A stretch of 50,465 nt of DNA, taken from a virus (lineage: Duplodnaviria > Caudoviricetes). The stretch lies in the IMG/VR virus record IMGVR_UViG_3300024429_000003, positions 1 to 50,465 of that record; one strand, written 5' to 3'. Positions 26,952 to 36,133 of the stretch are shown in pieces (positions within the stretch are counted from its first letter, which is position 1; every line of letters begins with the position of its first letter). Both the position numbers and the translations under genes were made by a program. Below the pieces are notes generated by a model that searched no databases, was not told where the DNA came from, and saw only the letters and a program-made list of their open reading frames with translations.

Positions 26952-27133
26952 AATATACCAATACATCAGGTAAACCATTATCGGTGGAGGTCCTGGAAAA
27001 GGCCTATAACGGTCTTAAAGTAATGAGCAAGAATGGCGGGAAGTTACAATTAGAACCACAGGTAAAGATAAAACTGTCTGAGTATATTTTTCTTAATAAA
27101 GCGCAACAAAGATTTTATGAAAGTATGATATGA
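26948..27133 (+). CDS. Hypothetical protein
   Basis: Coupled ORF. Confidence 0.45.
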   Translation: MKYTNTSGKPLSVEVLEKAYNGLKVMSKNGGKLQLEPQVKIKLSEYIFLNKAQQRFYESMI

Positions 27134-27393
27134 AAGCTCATCTTCGGGCATGTTCGGCTTGTGGAAGCACAGAGTTTTACGACGGTAAGACTGAAATACA
27201 GTATTTAAAGATTAAGGGAAAGCTTGTAAATGGCTTTACTCATAAAATAAGTTACATGTTAAGGTGTGCTGTATGTGGGCGTCCTTGTATGGAAGATAAT
27301 GATTTTATCGAAAGTAAAAAAACAATGGAATTAACCGAAGATGAGACAAAAGCTATGAGAGACATTAACAGCCGGGCCAATGCGGAGTTCTAG
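27130..27393 (+). CDS. Zn-ribbon protein
   Basis: CSACG...CAVCG. Confidence 0.65.
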   Translation: MKAHLRACSACGSTEFYDGKTEIQYLKIKGKLVNGFTHKISYMLRCAVCGRPCMEDNDFIESKKTMELTEDETKAMRDINSRANAEF

Positions 27394-27506
27394 GCTTACA
27401 GCCAATGACCTGGCTTAATTTATATCCCGCGGAGGACTTATCTTATTAATATCGACAGTGAGAAAATGGATAGGTCTTCCAAGGGATCATTTTATTAGAG
27501 TGATAA

Positions 27507-27686
27507 ATGGCTTTTGAACTGACAGTAAAAGACAAAGATAAATCGTACAAGATTACAACGGGTGATATTCTCGATGTAAGAAATAATTGGGATTATTGGA
27601 TAGAAAAAAAAGATGGCGAAGGCCAGAGTATAAGTGAAAAGAACCTCTTTGATATTCTTGATAAATTTTTTGAGGAAAATATGTAA
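27507..27686 (+). CDS. Hypothetical protein (59 aa)
   Basis: Hand translation MAFELTVKDK... Confidence 0.55.
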   Translation: MAFELTVKDKDKSYKITTGDILDVRNNWDYWIEKKDGEGQSISEKNLFDILDKFFEENM

Positions 27687-27866
27687 ATGGATTATAGCAC
27701 TTATGAAATAATGGAAATGATTATAGATGAGATGTTTGGCGCATTAGGCTGGCTTGATGGAACAATAGCGCTAAGTGATCGTGCTAGAGAGTATAAGGCT
27801 GAAAAGTTAAAGAAGTTATTATTAGAAGCTGAATTACATTTAAAGACGTTAAAGGATAAGACGTAA
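27687..27866 (+). CDS. Hypothetical protein (59 aa)
   Basis: Hand translation MDYSTYEIME...; abuts both neighbours. Confidence 0.55.
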   Translation: MDYSTYEIMEMIIDEMFGALGWLDGTIALSDRAREYKAEKLKKLLLEAELHLKTLKDKT

Positions 27867-28082
27867 ATGCTAAAAAAACGATTAAAGAAGGATATTATTA
27901 TTAAAGCAGGTACAATTTTTGAAGATTGTTCTAATCGTATAATAGAGATGCACGACAAAGAGCATATAAGATATGATTTCGGTTTTACAAAAGACGGTAT
28001 AGGAACAGTGCTTTGTAGTTACGAAAAAGACGACACAGAATTAGAGGAATGGTTTGAAGATGCCAAAAGCTCTGCACAATAA
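27867..28082 (+). CDS. Hypothetical protein
   Basis: LKKDIIIKAGTIF motif. Confidence 0.65.
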   Translation: MLKKRLKKDIIIKAGTIFEDCSNRIIEMHDKEHIRYDFGFTKDGIGTVLCSYEKDDTELEEWFEDAKSSAQ

Positions 28083-28185
28083 ATTAGCTAAAGAGGCAGC
28101 AAAGCAAGGATTAAAAGGTAAACGGAAACTTGCTTATGTTTACGGTGCTATGAAGAAGATTGAGAAGAAGAAAGGTAAAAAATGA
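28060..28185 (+). CDS. Small basic protein (41 aa)
   Basis: Hand translation MPKALHNKLAKEAAKQGLKGKRKLAYVYGAMKK... Confidence 0.6.
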   Translation: MPKALHNKLAKEAAKQGLKGKRKLAYVYGAMKKIEKKKGKK

Positions 28186-28394
28186 CACCACAAAAAGTAA
28201 TAGACAATAATTTTATTTATCATGCGCCAAAAGAAGGTCAACAGGAAAAATATCAAGCATTAAGATCAAAAGCAAAAGAATTTGCAGAATTAATTAATAA
28301 GGTTTGTCCTGACAGTAGAGAAAAATCTGTTGCCTTCACTCAGCTTGAAACATCAATTTTTTGGGCTAATGCATCAATAGCCAGGGACGAATGA
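28182..28394 (+). CDS. Acb2/Tad1-like cyclic-nucleotide sponge (anti-CBASS/Thoeris candidate)
   Basis: NNFIYHAP...CPDSREKSVAFTQLETSIFWANASIAR helical-hairpin signature. Confidence 0.75.
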   Translation: MTPQKVIDNNFIYHAPKEGQQEKYQALRSKAKEFAELINKVCPDSREKSVAFTQLETSIFWANASIARDE

Positions 28395-28404
28395 GGATGA
28401 AGAA

Positions 28405-28668
28405 ATGACAATAAGACCAATTGGAGACAGACTTTTGGTTAGGCAGAATGTTGTTCCCGAGAAATCAAAAGGCGGCATAATCATGCCGGACGGAGCAAGA
28501 GAAAAGAGTATGTTTGGCGCTATAGTGGCTATAGGCAAGGGATTAGTCAATTTCAAGATAGGTGATACGGTGTGTTTTGGCAGGTATGCCGGTCAGCTAT
28601 TTGAAATTGATGAGGTCCCTCACTTGATTATAAGATTTGATGATATTTTGGCTGTGGATCAGGTATGA
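28405..28668 (+). CDS. groES: Co-chaperonin GroES (Cpn10)
   Basis: IRPIGDRLLV, KSKGGIIMPD, GAIVAIGKG, GDTV.FGRYAG, DDILAV. Confidence 0.93.
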   Translation: MTIRPIGDRLLVRQNVVPEKSKGGIIMPDGAREKSMFGAIVAIGKGLVNFKIGDTVCFGRYAGQLFEIDEVPHLIIRFDDILAVDQV

Positions 28669-28892
28669 CCAAAGAAGAGTCCGAAGCAATAATCACCTTA
28701 TCGCATTATCCTGAAGCCGATGTATTGAAAAAGGTGCAGGCGGAGGAGTTAGAGAAACTAGCTAATAATATTTTATCCCGTAATCATACAACCCCGCAGA
28801 GATTAATTGATTATGAGGCAGGGCTATATCAAGGCAAAAAATTGTTTTCTTTTTTGGGCATGAAAGAGCAGGCGAAGAAGGTGGGGAAATAA
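28665..28892 (+). CDS. Small helical protein, possibly head-assembly associated
   Basis: Coupled ORF; YEAGLYQG. Confidence 0.6.
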   Translation: MTKEESEAIITLSHYPEADVLKKVQAEELEKLANNILSRNHTTPQRLIDYEAGLYQGKKLFSFLGMKEQAKKVGK

Positions 28893-29108
28893 ATGCTAAT
28901 AAGCCGTGATAAATTGCATGAATTACAGGTATTGGAAATGGAGGCCTTCAATAGAATGTTTCCAAACGCAGAACCCGGAGAAGGCGGGTTATTGTTTAAG
29001 GTTAAAGGGTTTAAAGAAAGAGAAGAAAGAAGAGGTCCCTCAATCCGCCACACACACAACCTACGCTATCGTAAATATAAGGCGTATTTGGAAAGGTGTT
29101 ATGGATGA
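28893..29108 (+). CDS. Hypothetical protein
   Basis: Abutting ORF. Confidence 0.55.
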   Translation: MLISRDKLHELQVLEMEAFNRMFPNAEPGEGGLLFKVKGFKEREERRGPSIRHTHNLRYRKYKAYLERCYG

Positions 29109-29278
29109 AAGATTTTGGTAGAAGTGAGTTTTGGGATATAGAACCGGATAAAATTATAGAATGTAAAATAAAGGGTCATATTCTAACAAATGAGCCAATT
29201 AAAAATAAATACGCAATGCATAGATTAACGTGTAAAGATTGTGATTATACTTTTACATATTTGTGTCATTCTGATTAA
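29101..29278 (+). CDS. Small Zn-binding protein (start approximate)
   Basis: C...GH...CKDC. Confidence 0.5.
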
Positions 29279-29290
29279 AAGAAAGGCGCT

Positions 29291-29725
29291 ATGGATAAAA
29301 TTTTAAAAATATTAAAAGAAGCTAAAAGACACGGCACACAGAAAGACTATCCTGAAGGGTCAAGATATATTGTATTTTCTGAAACGCTGATAAATGAGAT
29401 GATCGAACTAATAGAGCATTGTATTGGTATACCAATTTTGATACAGGCATTAGAAGATTTTGAAGAGGGGGAACTTATTATAGATAATGGAGTTCATGTA
29501 ACAAATAATGATAAGGTTAATTCTTTTTTTGTTGGCGAAAAATGTATCATAGGTGATTTATTACAAGTAGACAGAAGAGATGGCAAGGTAAAAAAAGTAA
29601 CTAGCTATGATTTTGATAATTCAAAATTCAGAAAAGAACTAGCTAAATTAAATGCAAAGGAATATTTAATACAAAACGCTCCTTCAAAAAGTGTAGTCAG
29701 ACGGTTGGAGAAACAGGTTAAATGA
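29291..29725 (+). CDS. Hypothetical protein
   Basis: GAAAGG RBS; DYPEGSRYIVFSETL motif. Confidence 0.65.
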   Translation: MDKILKILKEAKRHGTQKDYPEGSRYIVFSETLINEMIELIEHCIGIPILIQALEDFEEGELIIDNGVHVTNNDKVNSFFVGEKCIIGDLLQVDRRDGKVKKVTSYDFDNSKFRKELAKLNAKEYLIQNAPSKSVVRRLEKQVK

Positions 29726-29931
29726 CCCAAACCAAAGAGTTGCAAGATAAATTAAAATGGCCTATAACGACGATGCTTACTTGCGTTATTGATAATCCTG
29801 ATTTTGCAGGGAAGGTTCTTACTTCGTTTAATAGCGGTGGAGTTGTCGGTGTAGAAGTAACGCATAACCAGATTAAACCGCCCAAATTAACAGACAGAAT
29901 AAAAAAATTTATAGAAGGGATATTAAAGTGA
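29722..29931 (+). CDS. Hypothetical protein
   Basis: ATGA overlap. Confidence 0.6.
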   Translation: MTQTKELQDKLKWPITTMLTCVIDNPDFAGKVLTSFNSGGVVGVEVTHNQIKPPKLTDRIKKFIEGILK

Positions 29932-30302
29932 GTAATACATTGCATTTACCGCCACAGGAATTAGTCAAGAAATTAAGATTTGAAAATATGCAGTTGCAGC
30001 ATACGATAAATGCTTTGTTGGGTGTTGATAATCTGCGACGTGAGGTAGTTGAATTATGCGTATTTTTGGCGTATAAAAATGGTGGTACAGTAACTATTAC
30101 GCCGGAAGATTTGAAAGCTGTTGATAAATGCACAGTACATAAAAGCACTGATAAGGAAACAGGCGCGCGGACATATAGTATTGAGTTAAGGAAGGAGCAG
30201 GGGCCCTGTGATTCTTCTAATTCAGCTATAGATAAGGAGTTACAGGCATCAAAAATAGAGCTCCTAAAGAAAAAGGAACCAATATTAAAAGCAGTAAAAT
30301 AA
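29928..30302 (+). CDS. Hypothetical protein
   Basis: GTGA overlap; GGTVTIT motif. Confidence 0.6.
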   Translation: MSNTLHLPPQELVKKLRFENMQLQHTINALLGVDNLRREVVELCVFLAYKNGGTVTITPEDLKAVDKCTVHKSTDKETGARTYSIELRKEQGPCDSSNSAIDKELQASKIELLKKKEPILKAVK

Positions 30303-30347
30303 AGTAGTGGGACTTTAGATTTAACCTATTATAAGGATTTAAACCTG

Positions 30348-30389
30348 AACCCCTGTTGAGATCGTAATTGATCTTGGCAGGGGTTTTTT
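30348..30389 (+). terminator. Intrinsic terminator-like hairpin before the scaffold gene
   Basis: AACCCCTGTTGAGATC-gtaatt-GATCTTGGCAGGGGTTTTTT. Confidence 0.75.
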
Positions 30390-30421
30390 GTTTTTTAACC
30401 CTGTTTTTGAGAAAGGTTGTT

Positions 30422-31333
30422 ATGACACAGGAAGAATATAGGGCAGCGAAAAGATTAAAGGAGCCGGAAACGCCCCAAGCTCCGGATTTGGGCGCACAGC
30501 CGGAAACGCCCCCGGCAGAAGAGTTGTCAATGGGATATGAAGAACATCTACAGTCATCAGAGAAAAATCAACAGCCTGAAGGTGATCTATCTCCTGAAAT
30601 CCCACAAGAGAAAACTCCGGAACAAAGAGCGCAGGAGGATGCAGCGGAGTACAGGCGGAAATATCAGGAATCGGAGGGCAAGGTTGGACTATTGCAACAG
30701 CAGATGAATTTTACACAGCAGCAATTATTTGACTTGCAACAGCGGAATAAGCCACAGCCTCAAGTACCACAGCAGGAAGAAATCCCGGAGTTTGAAGATC
30801 CGAAAGATACAATAAGATGGATACAGGCGGATAATGCCAAACAGCGTAAAGCCGATCTGGACGCATTAGAGCAAAGATTTGAGCAAAAATCTCTAAAGGC
30901 AGAAAGAGAGCAGGCAGCGGGAAGAATAATTAATTCATATGTTGATATGGGTAATCCTGCATCTGTGTTACATCAGCAGTTTACGCAAGACTGTTGCCAG
31001 CGAGGGATTGATCCACAGACGGCAGATCCGTTTACGTTGGAATCTGTAGCAGCTATAGCCGCACAGAAGTGTGGTGTTTTACCACAGAACATTCAACAGA
31101 ATCCTCAAGTTGGGCAGCCATTACAGCAAACAAGACCGGCAATTCCCGGCATACAAAGACCTGCAGGGCCGAAACCTGTAGACAGTTTACCACAGCTTTC
31201 TCAAAGACAGCTTAATTGGTCTAAGCAATTAGGACGAGATCCTAAGAAAGTACAGCAATTTATGAAAACGAATGAGGCCAAATATGTTAGGTCTGATGGT
31301 ACGCCTCTTTACGGAAAGGGCAATCAATCATGA
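30422..31333 (+). CDS. Capsid scaffolding protein
   Basis: E/Q/P-rich N-terminus, coiled coil, C-terminal LSQRQ...QLG motif; precedes the capsid genes. Confidence 0.75.
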   Translation: MTQEEYRAAKRLKEPETPQAPDLGAQPETPPAEELSMGYEEHLQSSEKNQQPEGDLSPEIPQEKTPEQRAQEDAAEYRRKYQESEGKVGLLQQQMNFTQQQLFDLQQRNKPQPQVPQQEEIPEFEDPKDTIRWIQADNAKQRKADLDALEQRFEQKSLKAEREQAAGRIINSYVDMGNPASVLHQQFTQDCCQRGIDPQTADPFTLESVAAIAAQKCGVLPQNIQQNPQVGQPLQQTRPAIPGIQRPAGPKPVDSLPQLSQRQLNWSKQLGRDPKKVQQFMKTNEAKYVRSDGTPLYGKGNQS

Positions 31334-31866
31334 GCGAAAAACAAGCGCAAACAGCAGTAAAAGAGGCGCCAAAAGCAGAAGTTACACAGCAGGAAAACGC
31401 TTCTTCGGAAACGCCACAACAAGCAGAGCCACAAAGAATCAATATTCCTATATGGAGAGAAACAGATCCGCGCGAAATAAAGAACCCCGTTCCCGGTAGA
31501 CGCTATCATTTTTTATCTGATGAGGATGTAAAAAAAGGGGATTTAGATGGTTGGGATTTAGATCATGGGCCTAATGATCCCATGAGAGCTAAATCAGCGA
31601 ACCCTAATTCCGGGCAACTTACTCACGGGTCAGTTACTAATGCGGGTACGGAAGTGCGTGTCGGGACTATGGTGTTGGGATGGATGCCGGAAAAGATGGC
31701 TCTGGCAAGAGAGAAGCATTATGTAGACAAAGGCAACGCTCCAATAAGAGATATGCAGGACATGAAGCAAGCGACTGAAGCGGCGCAGGAAAAGTTACGC
31801 GAACAAGGAGTTTCGCCTGATCTTATAAAAGTGTCGGGCGGAATTACTATGAACAGGAGGTTTTAG
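31330..31866 (+). CDS. Head-associated protein
   Basis: PGRRYHFL...DGW...MVLGWMP pattern, between scaffold and capsid genes. Confidence 0.65.
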   Translation: MSEKQAQTAVKEAPKAEVTQQENASSETPQQAEPQRINIPIWRETDPREIKNPVPGRRYHFLSDEDVKKGDLDGWDLDHGPNDPMRAKSANPNSGQLTHGSVTNAGTEVRVGTMVLGWMPEKMALAREKHYVDKGNAPIRDMQDMKQATEAAQEKLREQGVSPDLIKVSGGITMNRRF

Positions 31867-31868
31867 AA

Positions 31869-32426
31869 ATGATTAATGTTTTTATGTTAATTATTGGCAT
31901 ATTTATTTTTCTTATATGCCTTTGCGCAAACGGAGATACACCTTTGGGCTTTCGACCTACAGGGCATATGTACGGGACACATCCTTACCAGGTAAGCAGT
32001 AGTTATGCTACAGCCATTAAGGAAGGCAGTCCGATTAAGCCGGTAGCAGGTGGGTATGTAGAGCTTGCGGCAACGACTAACACAGGAATTTTAGGTGTTG
32101 CGGCTAACGCTATTGCGGCCAGCACAGGCGGGACATTGTGGGTTTACGACCACCCGTTGCAGCATTTTATATGTCAAGATGATGCGTCGGCAACCTTAGA
32201 TATTACCATTCAGAATGCGAATATGGATTTTTCTACTGAAGGCTCCTCCACCGATCAATCGGATGTTGAGCTAATTGCAACGGCTATTACATCAGACGGA
32301 CAATGCAGAATATTGTACCCGGCAAAGACCAGATACCCGGATGGAGTTGAAAACGTTGTTGGAGATAACTGTGATTGGGTATGTATGATTAACGAGCAAG
32401 CACGCAAAGCTACGGCCGGCGTATAA
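31869..32426 (+). CDS. Capsid decoration/cement protein with a 19-aa hydrophobic leader
   Basis: ANGDTPLGFRP...ILGV...VYDHP pattern, directly upstream of the MCP. Confidence 0.7.
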   Translation: MINVFMLIIGIFIFLICLCANGDTPLGFRPTGHMYGTHPYQVSSSYATAIKEGSPIKPVAGGYVELAATTNTGILGVAANAIAASTGGTLWVYDHPLQHFICQDDASATLDITIQNANMDFSTEGSSTDQSDVELIATAITSDGQCRILYPAKTRYPDGVENVVGDNCDWVCMINEQARKATAGV

Positions 32427-32444
32427 TGAGGAGGTGAAAATACT

Positions 32445-33356
32445 ATGACTATGCTACGAAGCCAATTTACAGACTTATTTGCTGAGTTTTTAGCCTTTTT
32501 GGATATGATGATATTCGAAGAGTGGAACGAATACGATCCAATCTATAAACAAGTCTACAACGTAAAGTCTACTTCTAAACCTTATGTAGAAGGGACAGGA
32601 GTTTCTGGATTAGGATTGTTTCAGGAAAAAGAAGAATCCGACGACGCAGCTTTAGACCGCATGTATCAAATGTACGATAATCGGCTGACAATCCTTAATT
32701 ATGCCTTAAAATACGAACTTTCCGAAGAGTGCCTGGAAGATGATCAGCTTGGAGTAATGGAGAACGCGGCCAGAGCTATGGGTAATAGCGCAGCGGTAAC
32801 GCCTGACTTAATAGCTGTGAATAAATTCAATAATGGGTTTACTTCAACAACTGATTGCCCTGATGGTGTGGCTTTCTTTTCTGACGTTCACCCGATTCTA
32901 GGTGGTACGACGAAAAATGAGCCTACAACCGGAACTGATTTTTCCGAGAGCGCCTTAGAGCTTGCAATTAATGATTTTCAGACTTATCAAGTTAATCATC
33001 GAGGCCGCAAACTTCATATTATTCCTAAAGTATTACTCCATGCGACAGCTAATCAGTGGAAGGTGGAAAAGGTCCTTAATGGTCAGCAGCAAACCGATTC
33101 GGCTAATAATGACCTTAATGCCATCAAGAGAAAGACCAGTCTTAGAGGAATTACATGGCATCACTTGTCAGATCCTAAAGCATGGTTTTTGGGCGCAGCG
33201 CCAAATCAGCATAAGCTGATGATGTATGAGAGAAAAGCCTTCGGCACAGCGCACGATACGGATATCAGTAAACAGATCGCAATTACCGTGGGAAGTTTCC
33301 GACAGAAGGAGGGTCATTTTGACTTTCGTGGTTGGTGGGGAAGTCCAGGACAATAA
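32445..33356 (+). CDS. Major capsid protein (HK97 fold)
   Basis: SGLG, YAL...SEE..EDD, DGVAFFS.VHP, N.RG, AWFL, DFRGWWGSPG. Confidence 0.88.
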   Translation: MTMLRSQFTDLFAEFLAFLDMMIFEEWNEYDPIYKQVYNVKSTSKPYVEGTGVSGLGLFQEKEESDDAALDRMYQMYDNRLTILNYALKYELSEECLEDDQLGVMENAARAMGNSAAVTPDLIAVNKFNNGFTSTTDCPDGVAFFSDVHPILGGTTKNEPTTGTDFSESALELAINDFQTYQVNHRGRKLHIIPKVLLHATANQWKVEKVLNGQQQTDSANNDLNAIKRKTSLRGITWHHLSDPKAWFLGAAPNQHKLMMYERKAFGTAHDTDISKQIAITVGSFRQKEGHFDFRGWWGSPGQ

Positions 33357-33368
33357 GGAGGGATTGAT

Positions 33369-34274
33369 ATGCCATTAACAAATTTTCCGAACGGAATTAC
33401 TTCTTTTGGTATACCTCAGTTAGGTGAAAGCATTCCCATAGCTCTACAGCAGAGTAAATATTATTTTGTAGATAATAAATACGGGAGTGATAGTTATATT
33501 GGAGACACGCCTGACGAGCCTTTTGCTACTATTGCGGCTGCTATAACTGTTATGAATGCTAGGATTGATTGGTCAGATACACGATGGGCCGCTAATGATG
33601 TTTTGGTTATATCCCCTGGTGTTTATGCGGAGAATCTTACTTCATTGCCTTATGGGTGTTCTGTAATTGGGTTAGGGGATGCTTTTGATCTTAACGGACA
33701 AAGGGGAGTAACTATTAAACCTGCCTCCGGGAGTCCTGTTGATTGTACTTCTGTAATCAATTCACTGATTAAGAATATTTGTTTTGCGTCTCCCACGGAT
33801 GCAGGTACGGAAGTATTATTTCAAGCTGATAATTTTAATCGTAATGTTATGATCGGGTGTTTATTCGCCGGGGTAGCCGGGGCGTCTCCTACCACAACAA
33901 GGGGTTTTGAAGTAGTTAAAGATATGACTGGCAATATATTAAGCGGGTGTAAATGGTTGGTATGCAGAAATGGTATTTATATAAATACGGATAATGCCAA
34001 CAGCAAACAAGCATCTGGTAATATAATTGAAAATTTTGTGATAACAGGCGGTGATCAAAAAGGTATCTATTTTGACGCAAACACTGTCCCGTCATATACG
34101 CAATGCAATAACGGAGTTATTAACGGGGGTGGGACAACTCTTGCTCTAGGAATTGATGATGATACTGATTTAGTTCACTTTAATAACGTTATGGTAGAGG
34201 CGTCGGCAAATGATCCTGCTACCGGATCAGGTAAGTATAATAAATGTTATCTTAATGGTGGATTAATCACTTAA
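33369..34274 (+). CDS. Virion beta-helix (pectin-lyase-like) protein
   Basis: TNFPNGITSFG start, YYFVD, PFATIAAAI, DVLVISPGVY, Asn-rich repeats. Confidence 0.7.
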   Translation: MPLTNFPNGITSFGIPQLGESIPIALQQSKYYFVDNKYGSDSYIGDTPDEPFATIAAAITVMNARIDWSDTRWAANDVLVISPGVYAENLTSLPYGCSVIGLGDAFDLNGQRGVTIKPASGSPVDCTSVINSLIKNICFASPTDAGTEVLFQADNFNRNVMIGCLFAGVAGASPTTTRGFEVVKDMTGNILSGCKWLVCRNGIYINTDNANSKQASGNIIENFVITGGDQKGIYFDANTVPSYTQCNNGVINGGGTTLALGIDDDTDLVHFNNVMVEASANDPATGSGKYNKCYLNGGLIT

Positions 34275-34296
34275 AACGGATGAATAAAAGAGCTAT

Positions 34297-34328
34297 AGGG
34301 GAGAGGTTTCATAGCCTCTTCCCTTGTT
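34297..34328 (+). terminator. Intrinsic terminator-like hairpin
   Basis: AGGGGAGAGGTT-tcat-AGCCTCTTCCCT followed by TGTT. Confidence 0.55.
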
Positions 34329-34346
34329 CTTAAAGGAGCAAACATT

Positions 34347-34550
34347 ATGGCAGACAGTAAGAATGTTGCAAAAAAGACAGTGCAACCAAAAAACGTAACA
34401 TCATTATCCAAAGCATCAAAGATCGGTGATATGGTGAGTTTTATTATGAAAACAGGTGAAAAATTACAGGGAGAGTTGTTAAATTTTATAGGCGATAAGG
34501 GCGCAATGGTTCTTATGGCTGGTGGAAAACATCAAGCTGTAAAGGTCTAA
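34347..34550 (+). CDS. Hypothetical protein
   Basis: AAGGAG RBS. Confidence 0.6.
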   Translation: MADSKNVAKKTVQPKNVTSLSKASKIGDMVSFIMKTGEKLQGELLNFIGDKGAMVLMAGGKHQAVKV

Positions 34551-34553
34551 GAA

Positions 34554-35423
34554 ATGGATTTTCAGGAAATATACGAAACGGGTATGAGGGCTTGCCATCA
34601 TCCCGATTTAACCGGCACAGACGCCGAGTTACTCATTGAGGTTAAAAAATGGATTAATCACAGATATAAAAATATCTGTTCTCTTTTAGGGCATCGTGAC
34701 CCTGTATACGGTAGGGCAAAGTCTACTTTGGAGACTGTAGCTTCTTATAATACCGGAACAGTTGAAGTAGATGGAACTACTGCTCTTGTCGGGACTGATA
34801 CGGTATGGACTGAGGCTATGGAGGGAAGGAAATTTAAACTTAGTTCATTCAATGAGGTTTATGAACTCGATACCTATACCTCTGCCACAGCCTTTACGAT
34901 AACAAAAGCCTGTAATGAGGATGCCGGTGATGAGTTTTCTTATGTGATCTATCAAGACATAATTTCTCTTCCTGCCGATTGTGCCCAAGTTGTATCTATT
35001 GGTCAGTGGAGAAGACCGAAGGCTATGGATAAAATCGGTATTAGAAAAATGCGTGAATTACAACTTGCAGATCCATTCTCTGTTGATCCGATTACTGTAG
35101 CCGATCCTTTGTATTGGTGTTATAAGACGCCTTCTACGATTATCGTTTATCCTGTTCCATCAAGAGTAATTCTTTTACCTATTGATTATACAAAGGATTT
35201 GACTAACTTATCAGATGATGCCGATGAGCCGATATTTGACATTAATTTTCATGATGTGCTTGTTATGGGTCTTATGGCAGATATTTATAAATATGATGAT
35301 GATCTTCGAGCAAGAGATGAATTAACTGAGTTTAAACAACGACGGGCAGAATTAATCAGAAAGGCAGCTTGGGATACTGACCCATTAGAAATCACGCCGA
35401 ATATAAAAAGAACGGCAGTATAA
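34554..35423 (+). CDS. Head-tail adaptor protein with inserted beta domain
   Basis: WIN..Y, SLPAD, P.YW, IVYPVP, LSDDADEP, FHDVLV pattern. Confidence 0.75.
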   Translation: MDFQEIYETGMRACHHPDLTGTDAELLIEVKKWINHRYKNICSLLGHRDPVYGRAKSTLETVASYNTGTVEVDGTTALVGTDTVWTEAMEGRKFKLSSFNEVYELDTYTSATAFTITKACNEDAGDEFSYVIYQDIISLPADCAQVVSIGQWRRPKAMDKIGIRKMRELQLADPFSVDPITVADPLYWCYKTPSTIIVYPVPSRVILLPIDYTKDLTNLSDDADEPIFDINFHDVLVMGLMADIYKYDDDLRARDELTEFKQRRAELIRKAAWDTDPLEITPNIKRTAV

Positions 35424-35426
35424 GAA

Positions 35427-35481
35427 AAAAATCAATAACTTATTTATGAATGTAGGGGTTACAGATTTTTTAATATGTAAC
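35427..35481. repeat. About 55-bp element, copy 1: IHF consensus plus GTTACA-N12-TGTAAC
   Basis: Near-identical to 40003..40056. Confidence 0.85.
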
Positions 35482-35537
35482 GCTTAACAAAGTCTAAGAA
35501 AATGGTAAATGCCAGGCCTTTACCATAGGAGAAAATT

Positions 35538-36128
35538 ATGGACTGTATAGGTTTTGAAACGCTGACCGTTACAAATGTGGCGATCGGTTTTGCGAATATA
35601 CCGGGGACACTTAGGGCCGGGCCCATAACTCAGAGCACGGGGTCAGGGCTTAATGATTTAACTATTGACGCTTCAAGCTTTACCGGCAAAAAAGCATATA
35701 ATTATCAGATAGTTGTTGATGATGATGCATCTGACCCGGAGACGGTTAAATGGTCAGATGATGGCGGATCTACATTTAAGAAAACAGGTGTAGCGATGGT
35801 GGCCGGGACACCTGTCACATTAAATCGTGGGCTTACATTTACTTTTGCAGCCAAGACAGGGCATACGGAAGATGATGTTTTTGATTTTACTGTGTATCCT
35901 GATGGGCTTATCCCTGTGCCTGAAAAAGCTCGTTGTGTGCTTGAAACGGCAGATATAAGGAGCCGGGAGGATGGTACAGATCCAACAGCTACCGTAGGAC
36001 GACTTCATAAAACGCAAGTTACCGAAGATGATTTTTTTGATATTATCGGGATAAATAATATAAAGAAAGTTCGGTTTTTTCGTGACGGCGGAACCCCCGG
36101 TGTTTTAGATATTCATTATTATAGGTAA
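35538..36128 (+). CDS. Virion structural protein
   Basis: GFETLTV...ETADIR.REDG.DPTA..G...YY pattern with an inserted domain. Confidence 0.65.
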   Translation: MDCIGFETLTVTNVAIGFANIPGTLRAGPITQSTGSGLNDLTIDASSFTGKKAYNYQIVVDDDASDPETVKWSDDGGSTFKKTGVAMVAGTPVTLNRGLTFTFAAKTGHTEDDVFDFTVYPDGLIPVPEKARCVLETADIRSREDGTDPTATVGRLHKTQVTEDDFFDIIGINNIKKVRFFRDGGTPGVLDIHYYR

Positions 36129-36133
36129 ATAAA

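Noticed and set aside
30368-30421. Hydrophobic leader on the scaffold protein
   Set aside because: The TTG start lies within the terminator hairpin, and the RBS supports ATG 30422.
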